Assembly: GCA_048939465.1 (NCBI GenBank)
Contig: JBHLPL010000016.1
Coordinates: 1 to 25,432 of the forward strand
DNA from: Promethearchaeota archaeon
GTDB taxonomy: Archaea > Asgardarchaeota > Odinarchaeia > Odinarchaeales > JBHLKK01
Length of the DNA: 25,432 nt
Direction of reading: 5' to 3'
A model generated the notes under the pieces. It was not told where the DNA came from and searched no databases. It saw only the letters and a program-made list of their open reading frames with translations. The position numbers and the translations under genes are program-made. Of this stretch, positions 16,435 to 24,688 are shown in pieces (within the stretch, counting starts at the first letter, position 1; every line of letters begins with the position of its first letter).

Positions 16435-17018
16435 TTGCCTCGATGGTCGTGTGTTCTAAGACTTGGTCGTATTTTTTCTGCACCTATGCCCTTATGTCTC
16501 AATCCGCGCGCCGCCCTACCTGCACTGGTCAATCCTCGGTAAACCCGTCCTTTGTTCGCTTTATCAGATATCCAATTAATCTTGGGATCGTTCATGATCA
16601 CCGGATGGCTACGATCCACAAGGATAACTTCATACCATTTTTGTTTGCCGTCTTGAGCGACCCAGTACGAGTTTAGAACCTCCATGTTTGGGTATCTCTT
16701 GGCAGCTCTTTCTTCAGCTATCCATCTCAGATTCTTTCCTGGCGTCAAACGCTTAAATCCCATCTTCCTAGGCTTTCTACCCATTCTCGGTCTGGACCTT
16801 CTTAGAGAACCTCTCCTAACACGAACCCGCACAATTATGTATCCTTGTTTTGCTTTGTATCCTAGTCTCCTTGCCCTATCCAGTCGTGTTGGATGGTCAA
16901 TTCTAACGGCGGTTGGTTGTCTTCTCCATTTGATTAATCGATGCCATGTTAGCTCCTTTACGTACGTTTGGTCTGGCTTTTTCCAAGCTTTCGCGATATG
17001 CTGATACACATTTGGCAC
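16431..17018 (-). CDS. rpl15e: 50S ribosomal protein L15e
   Basis: [26 protein letters not shown]-like [21 protein letters not shown]. Start placed at GTG 17018, 6 nt after SD-like GAGGTG; the ORF track starts at 17027. Confidence 0.97.
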   Translation of the reverse strand: MPNVYQHIAKAWKKPDQTYVKELTWHRLIKWRRQPTAVRIDHPTRLDRARRLGYKAKQGYIIVRVRVRRGSLRRSRPRMGRKPRKMGFKRLTPGKNLRWIAEERAAKRYPNMEVLNSYWVAQDGKQKWYEVILVDRSHPVIMNDPKINWISDKANKGRVYRGLTSAGRAARGLRHKGIGAEKIRPSLRTHDHRGK

Positions 17019-17146
17019 CAGTAGCACCTCTATCGACCTTTAAGGTTTAGGCCAACAGTTACGTAGCAGAAGATTTTTCGGTCAATGTCCCTGCTGTTAA
17101 TACCGAACATTCCTTTTAAATTGTACCATTTTTGATGAAAACTATC

Positions 17147-17161
17147 CTAATTAACCTTTCG
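17147..17161 (-). promoter_or_regulatory. Candidate BRE-TATA for the rpl15e operon
   Basis: Minus strand CGAAAGG-TTAATTAG. A second TATA-like TTTAAAAG at 17120-17113 lacks a good BRE. Confidence 0.4.
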
Positions 17162-17251
17162 CCTAGGAATACGAGTCCAGAATCCCCTGTTTTGGTGAAA
17201 CTTTTTTATCGTGAATAGGCATTTCTTAATCTTGGGAACAGGGCGTTTAAT

Positions 17252-18259
17252 ATGAAAGAAGCGTCATTTTACGAAAAACAAGATGGAAAATTGAAATGTG
17301 GTCTCTGCAGCCACAGATGTTTGATCCTTGAGTCAAAAAAAGGGATTTGTGGAGTGAGACAGAATAAAGGCGGGGTACTTTATTCGCTGGTCTATGGAAG
17401 AACTGTTGCCCAACACATAGATCCGATAGAGAAAAAGCCCCTTTACCATTTCCATCCGGGATCATACGCATATTCTATTGCAACTGCGGGCTGCAACTTC
17501 AAATGTAAGAACTGCCAGAATGCAGATATCTCCCAAATGCCGGCAGATCATAACAGGATAATCGGAGACAATGTTCCTCCGGATAGGATTGTGAAATTAG
17601 CGAAACAATACAACTGCAGGAGTATCGCGTACACATACACTGAACCAACGATTTTCTATGAGTATGCCTATGATATCTCCAGATTGGCAAGCCGTGAGGG
17701 TATTAAAAACATCTTCGTAACAAATGGTTACATCACTGAAGAGGCTTTGCGGGAAATCAATCCTTATCTGGATGCGGCCAACATAGACTTAAAGAGTTTC
17801 AGCGACAAGTTCTATCGGAGTAACTGCGGCGCCCGCCTCAAACCCGTCCTGCAATCCATAGAGCTTCACAAAGAGCTGGGAATCTGGATTGAGATAACGA
17901 CACTTATCATACCAACCTTGAATGATTCGGAGCGTGAACTGCGCCGAATCGCAGAATTTATCAAGAGCGTTGGTGAAGAGATTCCCTGGCATGTTTCTGC
18001 TTTCTACCCCGCCTATAAGCTAAGAAACATAGAGCGAACCCCCACGAAAACTCTCAGAAAAGCCAGAAAGATAGGATTAGAGGTTGGGTTAAGATATGTC
18101 TACACAGGCAACATTCTTGGGGACGTCGGAGAACATACCTACTGTTATAAATGCGGTGCAGCACTAATTCGTAGGTATGGATTCGAGATTATGGAGAACC
18201 GAATCAAAGACTCTAAATGTCCCAATTGCGGTGCGAAGATTGATATTGTTGGGATCTAA
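17252..18259 (+). CDS. amrS: AmmeMemoRadiSam system radical SAM enzyme
   Basis: N-terminal CGLCSHRC...GICGVR, DPIEKKPLYHFHPG, CNFKCKNC (CX3CX2C), YTYTEP, C-terminal CYKC...CPNC. Confidence 0.93.
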   Translation: MKEASFYEKQDGKLKCGLCSHRCLILESKKGICGVRQNKGGVLYSLVYGRTVAQHIDPIEKKPLYHFHPGSYAYSIATAGCNFKCKNCQNADISQMPADHNRIIGDNVPPDRIVKLAKQYNCRSIAYTYTEPTIFYEYAYDISRLASREGIKNIFVTNGYITEEALREINPYLDAANIDLKSFSDKFYRSNCGARLKPVLQSIELHKELGIWIEITTLIIPTLNDSERELRRIAEFIKSVGEEIPWHVSAFYPAYKLRNIERTPTKTLRKARKIGLEVGLRYVYTGNILGDVGEHTYCYKCGAALIRRYGFEIMENRIKDSKCPNCGAKIDIVGI

Positions 18260-18302
18260 TTCTTATAGGTTTGCTGCACTGAGAATAATGCAAAAGATTT
18301 AG

Positions 18303-18455
18303 TGGTGGGTCGGGTGGGATTTTCCCCATCCAAGGCTCCCTTAAACGGTTTTGAACCCACGAGTTTGTGACAAAGTCATTTTGGCATCTGTTCTCGCGCG
18401 ATCTGGCCTGTTGGTCCCCAGGCGCGGATCCTAAACCAGGCTAGACCACCGACCC
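18303..18455 (-). tRNA. tRNA-Pro(GGG) with three introns: 37/38 (18415-18401, 15 nt), 46/47 (18391-18363, 29 nt; 3' edge uncertain by 2 nt), 59/60 (18349-18320, 30 nt); CCA encoded
   Basis: Spliced cloverleaf is 79 nt: GGGTCGG/CCGACCC, GTCT/GGAT, CGCGC/GCGCG with CTGGGGC loop, GTGGG-TTCAAAT-CCCAC, ACCA. BHB helices CTGG:CCAG (37/38) and TTCA:GGAA plus a 10-bp intron stem (59/60). Confidence 0.93.
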
Positions 18456-18493
18456 GCCTTGACTCTCGCTCTTAAATAATTAGCGGCGAATTA

Positions 18494-18506
18494 CTTTTAA
18501 GTTTTT
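18494..18506 (-). promoter_or_regulatory. Candidate BRE-TATA for tRNA-Pro
   Basis: Minus strand AAAAAC-TTAAAAG about 40-50 nt upstream of tRNA G1. Confidence 0.45.
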
Positions 18507-18510
18507 GTTG

Positions 18511-19923
18511 TCAAAACCATGTTGGTGTTTTTCTAAAGAATCGTGTAATAAAATCAGAGAATTCATAATTCTTCTTGCACACATTTGTAATATCCTCGTT
18601 CCTGTAAATCTCATATCCTTCTTCGATTTTCTTACGAATGTATTTTCCCAAGCCGACTGAATCAATGTTCGTCCTCAATTCCTCAGCGAGACATTCCTTG
18701 GCGTCAGCGTAATCTCTTTTCAGCTCAATAACCCACCGACCACCTTCTATCCAAGGCCCGGAAAGGACTCTGTCTGATTCGGCGTATTTTTCTAGGAAGA
18801 TGTCTTGGTTTGGGCTGCCTACAGGGGGACCAGTGTGAGTCCTTACCTTGGGGAGATTTGCATTTTCTAATTCAAAAATCATTGCAACAGTCTTCTCCTC
18901 ATCGGACCAAACGCCCTCCCTGGTGACCCTAAACTCATTCTGGGAGAGAATCTGCTTGACTGCCTTAACTGATTTGTATAATTGCCCCCAGAGTACATCA
19001 GGAACAATGTCTGGGGCTTCAAAAACCAGAAGTAGAACATCAGTTCCTCTTGCTCTTATAGTACTCTTGATTTCTTCTGAGGTGTGTGGCTTCCTCTTTT
19101 CTGGAAAGAAGAATTTAAGAGTAGGATCTTTCAGGAAAGCATAAGCTGCCGCCCTGAATTCGTCCAGCTTTGCTGGGGTGAGAGCTGCTGCCACGTTTCT
19201 TGTTTTGTCGACAGGGTCTACGACAATAAACTCATCCGAGAAAATCTTCCTCGTCATCTCTGGATCTTCATAGTGCTTCTGAATGTCGACAACCTCTCTC
19301 TTTCTCCACTTCTGACATGATTTCAAAACTTCGATGAAAGTGTCATACCCAATTACCAGCAGCTCACCTAGATATCCCGAGAATCCACCAGTCTTTATTT
19401 CAGCACCATAAACCCCTATCCCCTTCATGAATCCCTTTAGAAGACGTACCTCATCCAGCTGACGTATGGCTAGATGTTTGTTTACATATTCCGTGTGAAG
19501 TGGTGTCCTGTCTACGGCTGTTTGCATTTCTGATATGTCTCTAATCTCAAAACCGGGGACCACGTCAATCCGATAGGAATTTATTCGTCCCTGAATGTAA
19601 GGGTGTTCAGCATATCTCTCTTTCCATTTCTCGAACAGTATCTTGGCGATATCCAATCCTATGGAAACAATATCCTTTTTGGAGAACTTTTTTGGAAAGA
19701 GTATGAATATGTCAATGTCCCTATCGCCGGATATCCACGTATTCTTGGCAATCGACCCCTCAATTCGTACTTTTACGTTCTCTATTTCTCGCCTTTTGAT
19801 TTCTTGATCAAGCCTTTCGACCATGGTCTTGGTAATACTGAGGGTCTCTTCCTTCTCTCTCTTGCTTGGAACAAGCCTTCTCAAAGCCTTTCTGCATAGG
19901 TTTACACATTCAGCTTCTTTCAT
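18511..19923 (-). CDS. cca: CCA-adding tRNA nucleotidyltransferase (archaeal class I)
   Basis: EGSIAKNTWISGDRDIDIF, YAEHPY, AVDRTPLH, GFSGYLGELL, DPVDKTRNVAAA. Confidence 0.97.
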   Translation of the reverse strand: MKEAECVNLCRKALRRLVPSKREKEETLSITKTMVERLDQEIKRREIENVKVRIEGSIAKNTWISGDRDIDIFILFPKKFSKKDIVSIGLDIAKILFEKWKERYAEHPYIQGRINSYRIDVVPGFEIRDISEMQTAVDRTPLHTEYVNKHLAIRQLDEVRLLKGFMKGIGVYGAEIKTGGFSGYLGELLVIGYDTFIEVLKSCQKWRKREVVDIQKHYEDPEMTRKIFSDEFIVVDPVDKTRNVAAALTPAKLDEFRAAAYAFLKDPTLKFFFPEKRKPHTSEEIKSTIRARGTDVLLLVFEAPDIVPDVLWGQLYKSVKAVKQILSQNEFRVTREGVWSDEEKTVAMIFELENANLPKVRTHTGPPVGSPNQDIFLEKYAESDRVLSGPWIEGGRWVIELKRDYADAKECLAEELRTNIDSVGLGKYIRKKIEEGYEIYRNEDITNVCKKNYEFSDFITRFFRKTPTWF

Positions 19924-20483
19924 GGTTTTGCTTCTCTCAATACTTCATATATCGGTCCTTTTGGTGTCAGGTTGCTCTTCTTCAAGTAGATGCTGGCAAT
20001 CTTCATGACACCTACTTCCGTATTCTCTAATTTTTCAAGTATCTTCAGGAGTCTTTCTCGATTCCTTCCACTTCTGACTCGTCCTATAGTTGCGTGTGGC
20101 GTATATCTTCTCCCTTCAGGCCTGAAGTCTAGCTCGGTCAGGCCTCTTTCAAGTTCTGCCTGCATTCTGATTACTTCCTCACTACCTTCCCCGGCTCCTA
20201 TCCATATTGTGCGTGGGCGTCGCGGGTTAAAGCAACCAACCTTATTGATTCTTAATTCGAAGGGCTTGAACGATATTCTTTGCATCACTTCAAAAATGGG
20301 GTCAATCACAGAAGGGGAGATATTTCCCAAAAACTTCAGAGTAAAATGGATATTTTGGCGCTCTACGTGTTTGATATCTGCTCCAGAGCGTTCTATCTCC
20401 TCCTGAATGGAGACTATTCTATCGAGCAATTGTGGGTCTTTTATATCAAGTGAGATAAAAGCCCTTATCTTTTCCAAAAACAT
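19920..20483 (-). CDS. thpR: RNA 2',3'-cyclic phosphodiesterase / 2'-5' RNA ligase (2H family)
   Basis: Two HxT motifs (HFTLKF, HATIGR), IRAFISL, GPIYEV. ATG 20483 follows GGAGGG; the ORF track starts at 20501. Confidence 0.95.
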   Translation of the reverse strand: MFLEKIRAFISLDIKDPQLLDRIVSIQEEIERSGADIKHVERQNIHFTLKFLGNISPSVIDPIFEVMQRISFKPFELRINKVGCFNPRRPRTIWIGAGEGSEEVIRMQAELERGLTELDFRPEGRRYTPHATIGRVRSGRNRERLLKILEKLENTEVGVMKIASIYLKKSNLTPKGPIYEVLREAKP

Positions 20484-20619
20484 CCCTCCATTTGATTTCA
20501 CTTCTCTTTTAGAAAAGCGAATATTTAAATTCTCATTGTGAGATTACATCATGGAAAATATCTGACCAAGGAGGGCAAGGATTCTACAAAAAGGGCAGAA
20601 AGGAATCGGGGGGTTAATT

Positions 20620-21759
20620 CTGAAAAGAAAGAGAAAGTCATTCAAATACGCTTCCACTCCTTTTCAAGATGAGAAGTTTAAAAAAGAACTCGGAGAATCT
20701 CTCGAACTCTCGCCTGTTAATAGAATCACACTTCGTCCAATAGGGTATCCACTGCGCACCTTGGGTGAGGGCACAGCCCCATCCCTAACCACTGATGACA
20801 CCAAACTATTCCAGGCTTACGCAGTAGATCAATGGAATGGCATGAAAGTCAGGAAGGGATCTTTCCTTTTTGATCAATATATGTTTCCTGATTTTGCCTT
20901 CGAAGTGACTGATGCATTTCCTGCCGAAGGTCACATAACCTCGGAAACAATGGTTCAGCTAGACCAAGCACAGAAGCAAATTCTACCAAAAGCTCCGGAG
21001 GTTGGGTTCTCCGATATTGTGGGACAGGAACGCGCAAAGGAAAAGTGTAAAATAGTCCAGCAATACCTTAAAGACCCTGAGAAATTTGGTGAATGGGCTC
21101 CCCGAAATATCTTGTTTTTTGGCCCTCCTGGAACGGGCAAAACCATGACCGCTGTTGCATTAGCAAATGAAACATCCGTTGAAATCTACCTGGCAAAGGC
21201 CACGGATCTTATTGGTTTCCATGTCGGTGGGGGAGCAGACCGCATACATCGCCTCTTCCGTGATGCAGCCGATAAAGCTCCTAGCATTGTTTTTATCGAC
21301 GAGCTTGATGCCATTGGCCTAGATCGTCGCTACCAATCCGTTCGTGGTGATGTTTCTGAGGTGGTCAATGCATTGCTGACCGAGTTAGACGGTCTCAGCA
21401 TCAACTCTGGTGTCGTTACAATCGGAGCCACAAATGTTGTGTCTTTCCTTGATGTTGCACTAAGAAGTAGATTTGAAGAAGAGATAGAGTTCAGCCTTCC
21501 CACACCGGAAGAGCGTCTTCAACTACTTGAATCATACTCTAAACGTATGCCATTCCCGGTGAAAGCAGATCTACCTTATTTTGCGCGCATAACTAAAGGT
21601 TTCTCTGGCCGTGATATCAAAGAAAAACTCCTGAAAAACGCATTCCACGCAGCCATCCTAAGGGGCGAGGATAGAATAACCGAAAGTATGCTCAAAGATG
21701 CTCTGGCCGTATTACTTAAGGAAGCGCCATCCGATCAACCAAAACGAATGTTTACGTAG
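20620..21759 (+). CDS. Archaeal AAA+ ATPase (COG1223-like), probably longer than the ORF-track call
   Basis: Walker A GPPGTGKT, Walker B IVFIDELD, SRH ATN...LDVALRSRF. The frame is open from 20566 and encodes ITLRPIGYPLR upstream of the TTG at 20761; CTG at 20620 follows GGGGGG. Confidence 0.85.
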   Translation: MKRKRKSFKYASTPFQDEKFKKELGESLELSPVNRITLRPIGYPLRTLGEGTAPSLTTDDTKLFQAYAVDQWNGMKVRKGSFLFDQYMFPDFAFEVTDAFPAEGHITSETMVQLDQAQKQILPKAPEVGFSDIVGQERAKEKCKIVQQYLKDPEKFGEWAPRNILFFGPPGTGKTMTAVALANETSVEIYLAKATDLIGFHVGGGADRIHRLFRDAADKAPSIVFIDELDAIGLDRRYQSVRGDVSEVVNALLTELDGLSINSGVVTIGATNVVSFLDVALRSRFEEEIEFSLPTPEERLQLLESYSKRMPFPVKADLPYFARITKGFSGRDIKEKLLKNAFHAAILRGEDRITESMLKDALAVLLKEAPSDQPKRMFT

Positions 21760-22323
21760 GTGCTTAGCTTGGTAAAGAAAGCCCTCGGTATAGTTGGCAT
21801 GCCCGGATCAGGTAAGAGCATTGCCGTAGAAGTTGCGGAATCGTTCGATGTTCCAGTAATTACAATGGGGGATGTCGTCAGAGAGGTGGCAGAGAGCAAG
21901 GGCATTACTTTGTCCCCCTCAGAACTTGGGAACCTGGCGCTAGAATTGCGAAGAGAAGGTGGCAACGCAGCCATAGCTAACATGTGTCTTCCAAAAATCA
22001 TGGAACTCAAATCAGATTCTCTCCTAATTGATGGTCTAAGAAGTATGTCTGAAGTGGATGCTTTCAAAACCCGGGTCAACAAGCTTTTCATAATCGCAAT
22101 CCACGTATCTCCAAAGACTCGATTTGACCGATTAAAACAACGTGGAAGACCGGACGATCCTAAAACATGGACTGAATTCAGACGGCGAGACTTACGTGAA
22201 ATTGAAATGGGGCTGAGTGAAGTTATAGCTCTCGCTGATTACATGGTCATAAATGAAAACACAATAGGAGAAGCCAGGAAGGAGCTAAAACGCATTTTTG
22301 AAGAGGTCATAGAGAATGCTTAG
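21760..22323 (+). CDS. UPF0200 P-loop nucleotide kinase (CoaE-like fold)
   Basis: GIVGMPGSGKS, MGDVVRE, IDGLRSMSEV, RFDRLKQRGRPDDP, RDLREIEMG. Confidence 0.85.
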   Translation: MLSLVKKALGIVGMPGSGKSIAVEVAESFDVPVITMGDVVREVAESKGITLSPSELGNLALELRREGGNAAIANMCLPKIMELKSDSLLIDGLRSMSEVDAFKTRVNKLFIIAIHVSPKTRFDRLKQRGRPDDPKTWTEFRRRDLREIEMGLSEVIALADYMVINENTIGEARKELKRIFEEVIENA

Positions 22324-22744
22324 CATTCTTATCAGGACACCCCTCAGAGACACTGAGAATCCTCAGAAGGTAAAACAGGCCGTCTTGAACGTCGTTTCTT
22401 CTGTCTCGTTTGAGACCGAGAAGTCTGATGGAACGTGTTATCTGGTCGTAGAATCTAAAGAACTATCTACGCTATCTCCTTTACACAGAAAGCTTAGGGA
22501 GCAAAGAATATTAGAGACCGCAAGAACTATTCTAAAGAAAAATGCCTCCAAAGACTCGGTGACCTTCTTTTTGAATAAACAAGCCGCATATGCGGGCCAT
22601 ATACACTTTTGCGAGCCAGAAAGAGAATCTCCCCTAGGCCCAATCACTGTGAAGATTAGTTCAGAAAACCTAGATCATCTGATAGACTGGTTGGCACCTC
22701 ATACTGTAAAGGGTAAGCCTATGAGAGAAGTGTCACTCGAATGA
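22316..22744 (+). CDS. UPF0201/DUF54 RNA-binding protein (COG1931)
   Basis: TENPQKVKQAV, LREQRILETAR, FFLNKQAAYAG, LGPI, IDWLAP. Confidence 0.87.
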   Translation: MLSILIRTPLRDTENPQKVKQAVLNVVSSVSFETEKSDGTCYLVVESKELSTLSPLHRKLREQRILETARTILKKNASKDSVTFFLNKQAAYAGHIHFCEPERESPLGPITVKISSENLDHLIDWLAPHTVKGKPMREVSLE

Positions 22745-22750
22745 AGTCTC

Positions 22751-23653
22751 TCAAAAAGGTATCTGAATTTCGAGAAAATCCTCGGCGATTTGAGCTGTCG
22801 GGAATATATTTCTAATCTGCTCTCCTAAGATTGTGGTATCTTTGTATCTGGGGCTAATATGGGATAGTACAAGACGCTTGACCTTTGCTTTCCTTGCCAA
22901 ATGTGCGGCTTCAACAACTGTCGAGTGCCCGCCTTCTATTGCCTTTTCTCTAAGCGTGTCATCGAATGTCCCATCATGTATCAAGAGATCTGCTCCTCTG
23001 CTGAGTTCCAATATCTTTTGAGAGGGGCGTGTGTCTCCCGAGTACACGATTTTGCGTCCTGGCCGGGATGGTCCCAATACCTCACCAGGTTTGATTGTAC
23101 GGCCTTCATGATCAATAGACTTACCTGCCTGAAGCTGACTCCACTGGGCCCCCTCGGGTACGTTGAGCATCCTTGCCTTTTCAGGGTGGAATTTTCCAGG
23201 TCTTTCCTTCTCTATTAATGCGTAGGCGAGGGTGGGAACAATGTGATCTCCACGAACACATGTGACTGAATATTCTTCGTCTTCAACTATTACTCCTTCT
23301 CCAACATCATAGATTTTGATTTCATAACCATTATTGTGCTCAAAACTCTCAGTAATTGCCTTCATAAATGATATTGTCCCGCTAGGTCCATAGATGGTCA
23401 TTGGCTTGCTTCTCTCCTGAAGAGATAACGTCATAATTATTCCTGGGATTCCTAGAACATGATCTCCATGAAGATGTGATATGAAGATCCTCGTTATTCT
23501 GTGAAGATTCAGCTTTGCCTTAGCGAACTGAAGCTGCGTCCCTTCTCCACAATCAAAGAGAAGAATCTCTCCTTTCCTTTTTACGGCTATTGCTGGTGAT
23601 CCCCTTGAAGGCGTTGGAATGCTTCCCCCAGTGCCAAGAAATACTACCTTCAC
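22751..23653 (-). CDS. rnz: Ribonuclease Z
   Basis: FLGTGGSIP, FDCGEGTQ, HLHGDH, exosite GKFHPEKA..., YSGDT, GHST, SHISPRY. Confidence 0.97.
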   Translation of the reverse strand: MKVVFLGTGGSIPTPSRGSPAIAVKRKGEILLFDCGEGTQLQFAKAKLNLHRITRIFISHLHGDHVLGIPGIIMTLSLQERSKPMTIYGPSGTISFMKAITESFEHNNGYEIKIYDVGEGVIVEDEEYSVTCVRGDHIVPTLAYALIEKERPGKFHPEKARMLNVPEGAQWSQLQAGKSIDHEGRTIKPGEVLGPSRPGRKIVYSGDTRPSQKILELSRGADLLIHDGTFDDTLREKAIEGGHSTVVEAAHLARKAKVKRLVLSHISPRYKDTTILGEQIRNIFPTAQIAEDFLEIQIPF

Positions 23654-23658
23654 AATTT

Positions 23659-24687
23659 CTACTTCCTGAACACCAGTATCTGGCGTGTCAAACTTCGATG
23701 GATGTACATTGTATGTCTTTCATAGAGATCGAGCTTTGATATGTCTTCCAAATCGAGAGCTGAAACCGTGGATGGACAGGCAAGGCATAGATATCCATCA
23801 ACTTTTAGTACGTCAGAGGTATTCTCCATGAATTCTGTTATAAGTTTTTCAACTTTCTCCCCTTTTGTGGATGCCGAAATCCCGTAAGGAGGATCGGTTG
23901 CAATCCCCCCTACGCAAGATAAGGGCAGTCTTCTTGCATCCCCGAGAATGACAGAATAGTTGTCCGCAATGAAATGTTTAAGATTTCGAATTGATCCCCT
24001 AACCATCTTCATATCAAGATCCGTGCCTACAACAGAACAACCCAAGAGCCCTGCCTCAATGAGTAAACCGCCGGTTCCGCTAAACGGATCCAAGAAGACA
24101 TCTTCAGCGGTTACGCGAGACAAATTAACCATTGCCCTAGCCAGGCGTGGCTCTATTACCCCTGGATAGAAGTATGGACGATTTCTCCCCTTTCTTCTCC
24201 CAAAGCCCTTCCTATTAACCTGACCAATGATCAAGCCAAACAGAAATTCATCGCTTGTTATTAATCCAAAGAAAGTGTAATCTGGGTTCTTAAGGTCTAC
24301 GTGGACTCCATCAGGAAATTGATTAATGAGTTCAAGACCGATTTGCTTTTCCAATTCAAGCACTCTTAAATTCTCAGAATATTCCTTAACTCTTCTTACC
24401 CGCACAGCGAATTTCTTTCCAGGCTCAATTCCAAAGGAGCCAGCATTAATGTCTTCGGCGTCAAACTCATCGGCACGAGCCCTGTATAGAAGTCTGCAGC
24501 AAAAATACGCCATAGCTGCTCTTCTTGAAATTGCTTCGCAAGCTCTATCGTCTGTTGTGACCAGCAATGCTTGGTCAAGCCTTTCGACATTAGAATATGG
24601 AATTCCTTCACTATCTAGGATTGCCAGACACTCTGAAGCTGGAATAGTTTCATTTTCACCCGAAAGAAACAGAAGTAGATTTGGCAT
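23659..24687 (-). CDS. trmG10: THUMP-domain tRNA (guanine10-N2)-methyltransferase (TrmG10/Trm11)
   Basis: LSGENETIPASE, THUMP FAVRVRR, RPYFYPG, ARAMVNL, DPFSGTGG, TDPPYG, HRSLTRQI. Confidence 0.92.
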   Translation of the reverse strand: MPNLLLFLSGENETIPASECLAILDSEGIPYSNVERLDQALLVTTDDRACEAISRRAAMAYFCCRLLYRARADEFDAEDINAGSFGIEPGKKFAVRVRRVKEYSENLRVLELEKQIGLELINQFPDGVHVDLKNPDYTFFGLITSDEFLFGLIIGQVNRKGFGRRKGRNRPYFYPGVIEPRLARAMVNLSRVTAEDVFLDPFSGTGGLLIEAGLLGCSVVGTDLDMKMVRGSIRNLKHFIADNYSVILGDARRLPLSCVGGIATDPPYGISASTKGEKVEKLITEFMENTSDVLKVDGYLCLACPSTVSALDLEDISKLDLYERHTMYIHRSLTRQILVFRK

Positions 24688-24688
24688 A

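Noticed and set aside
17133-17138. TGATGA C-box-like motif upstream of amrS
   Set aside because: No CTGA D/D' boxes or terminal stem at suitable spacing.
12500-18349. Similar starts of two 30-nt introns (ACTGTTAAG vs ACCGTTTAAG), suggesting intron transposition
   Set aside because: Similarity is limited to about 9 nt and the remainder does not align.
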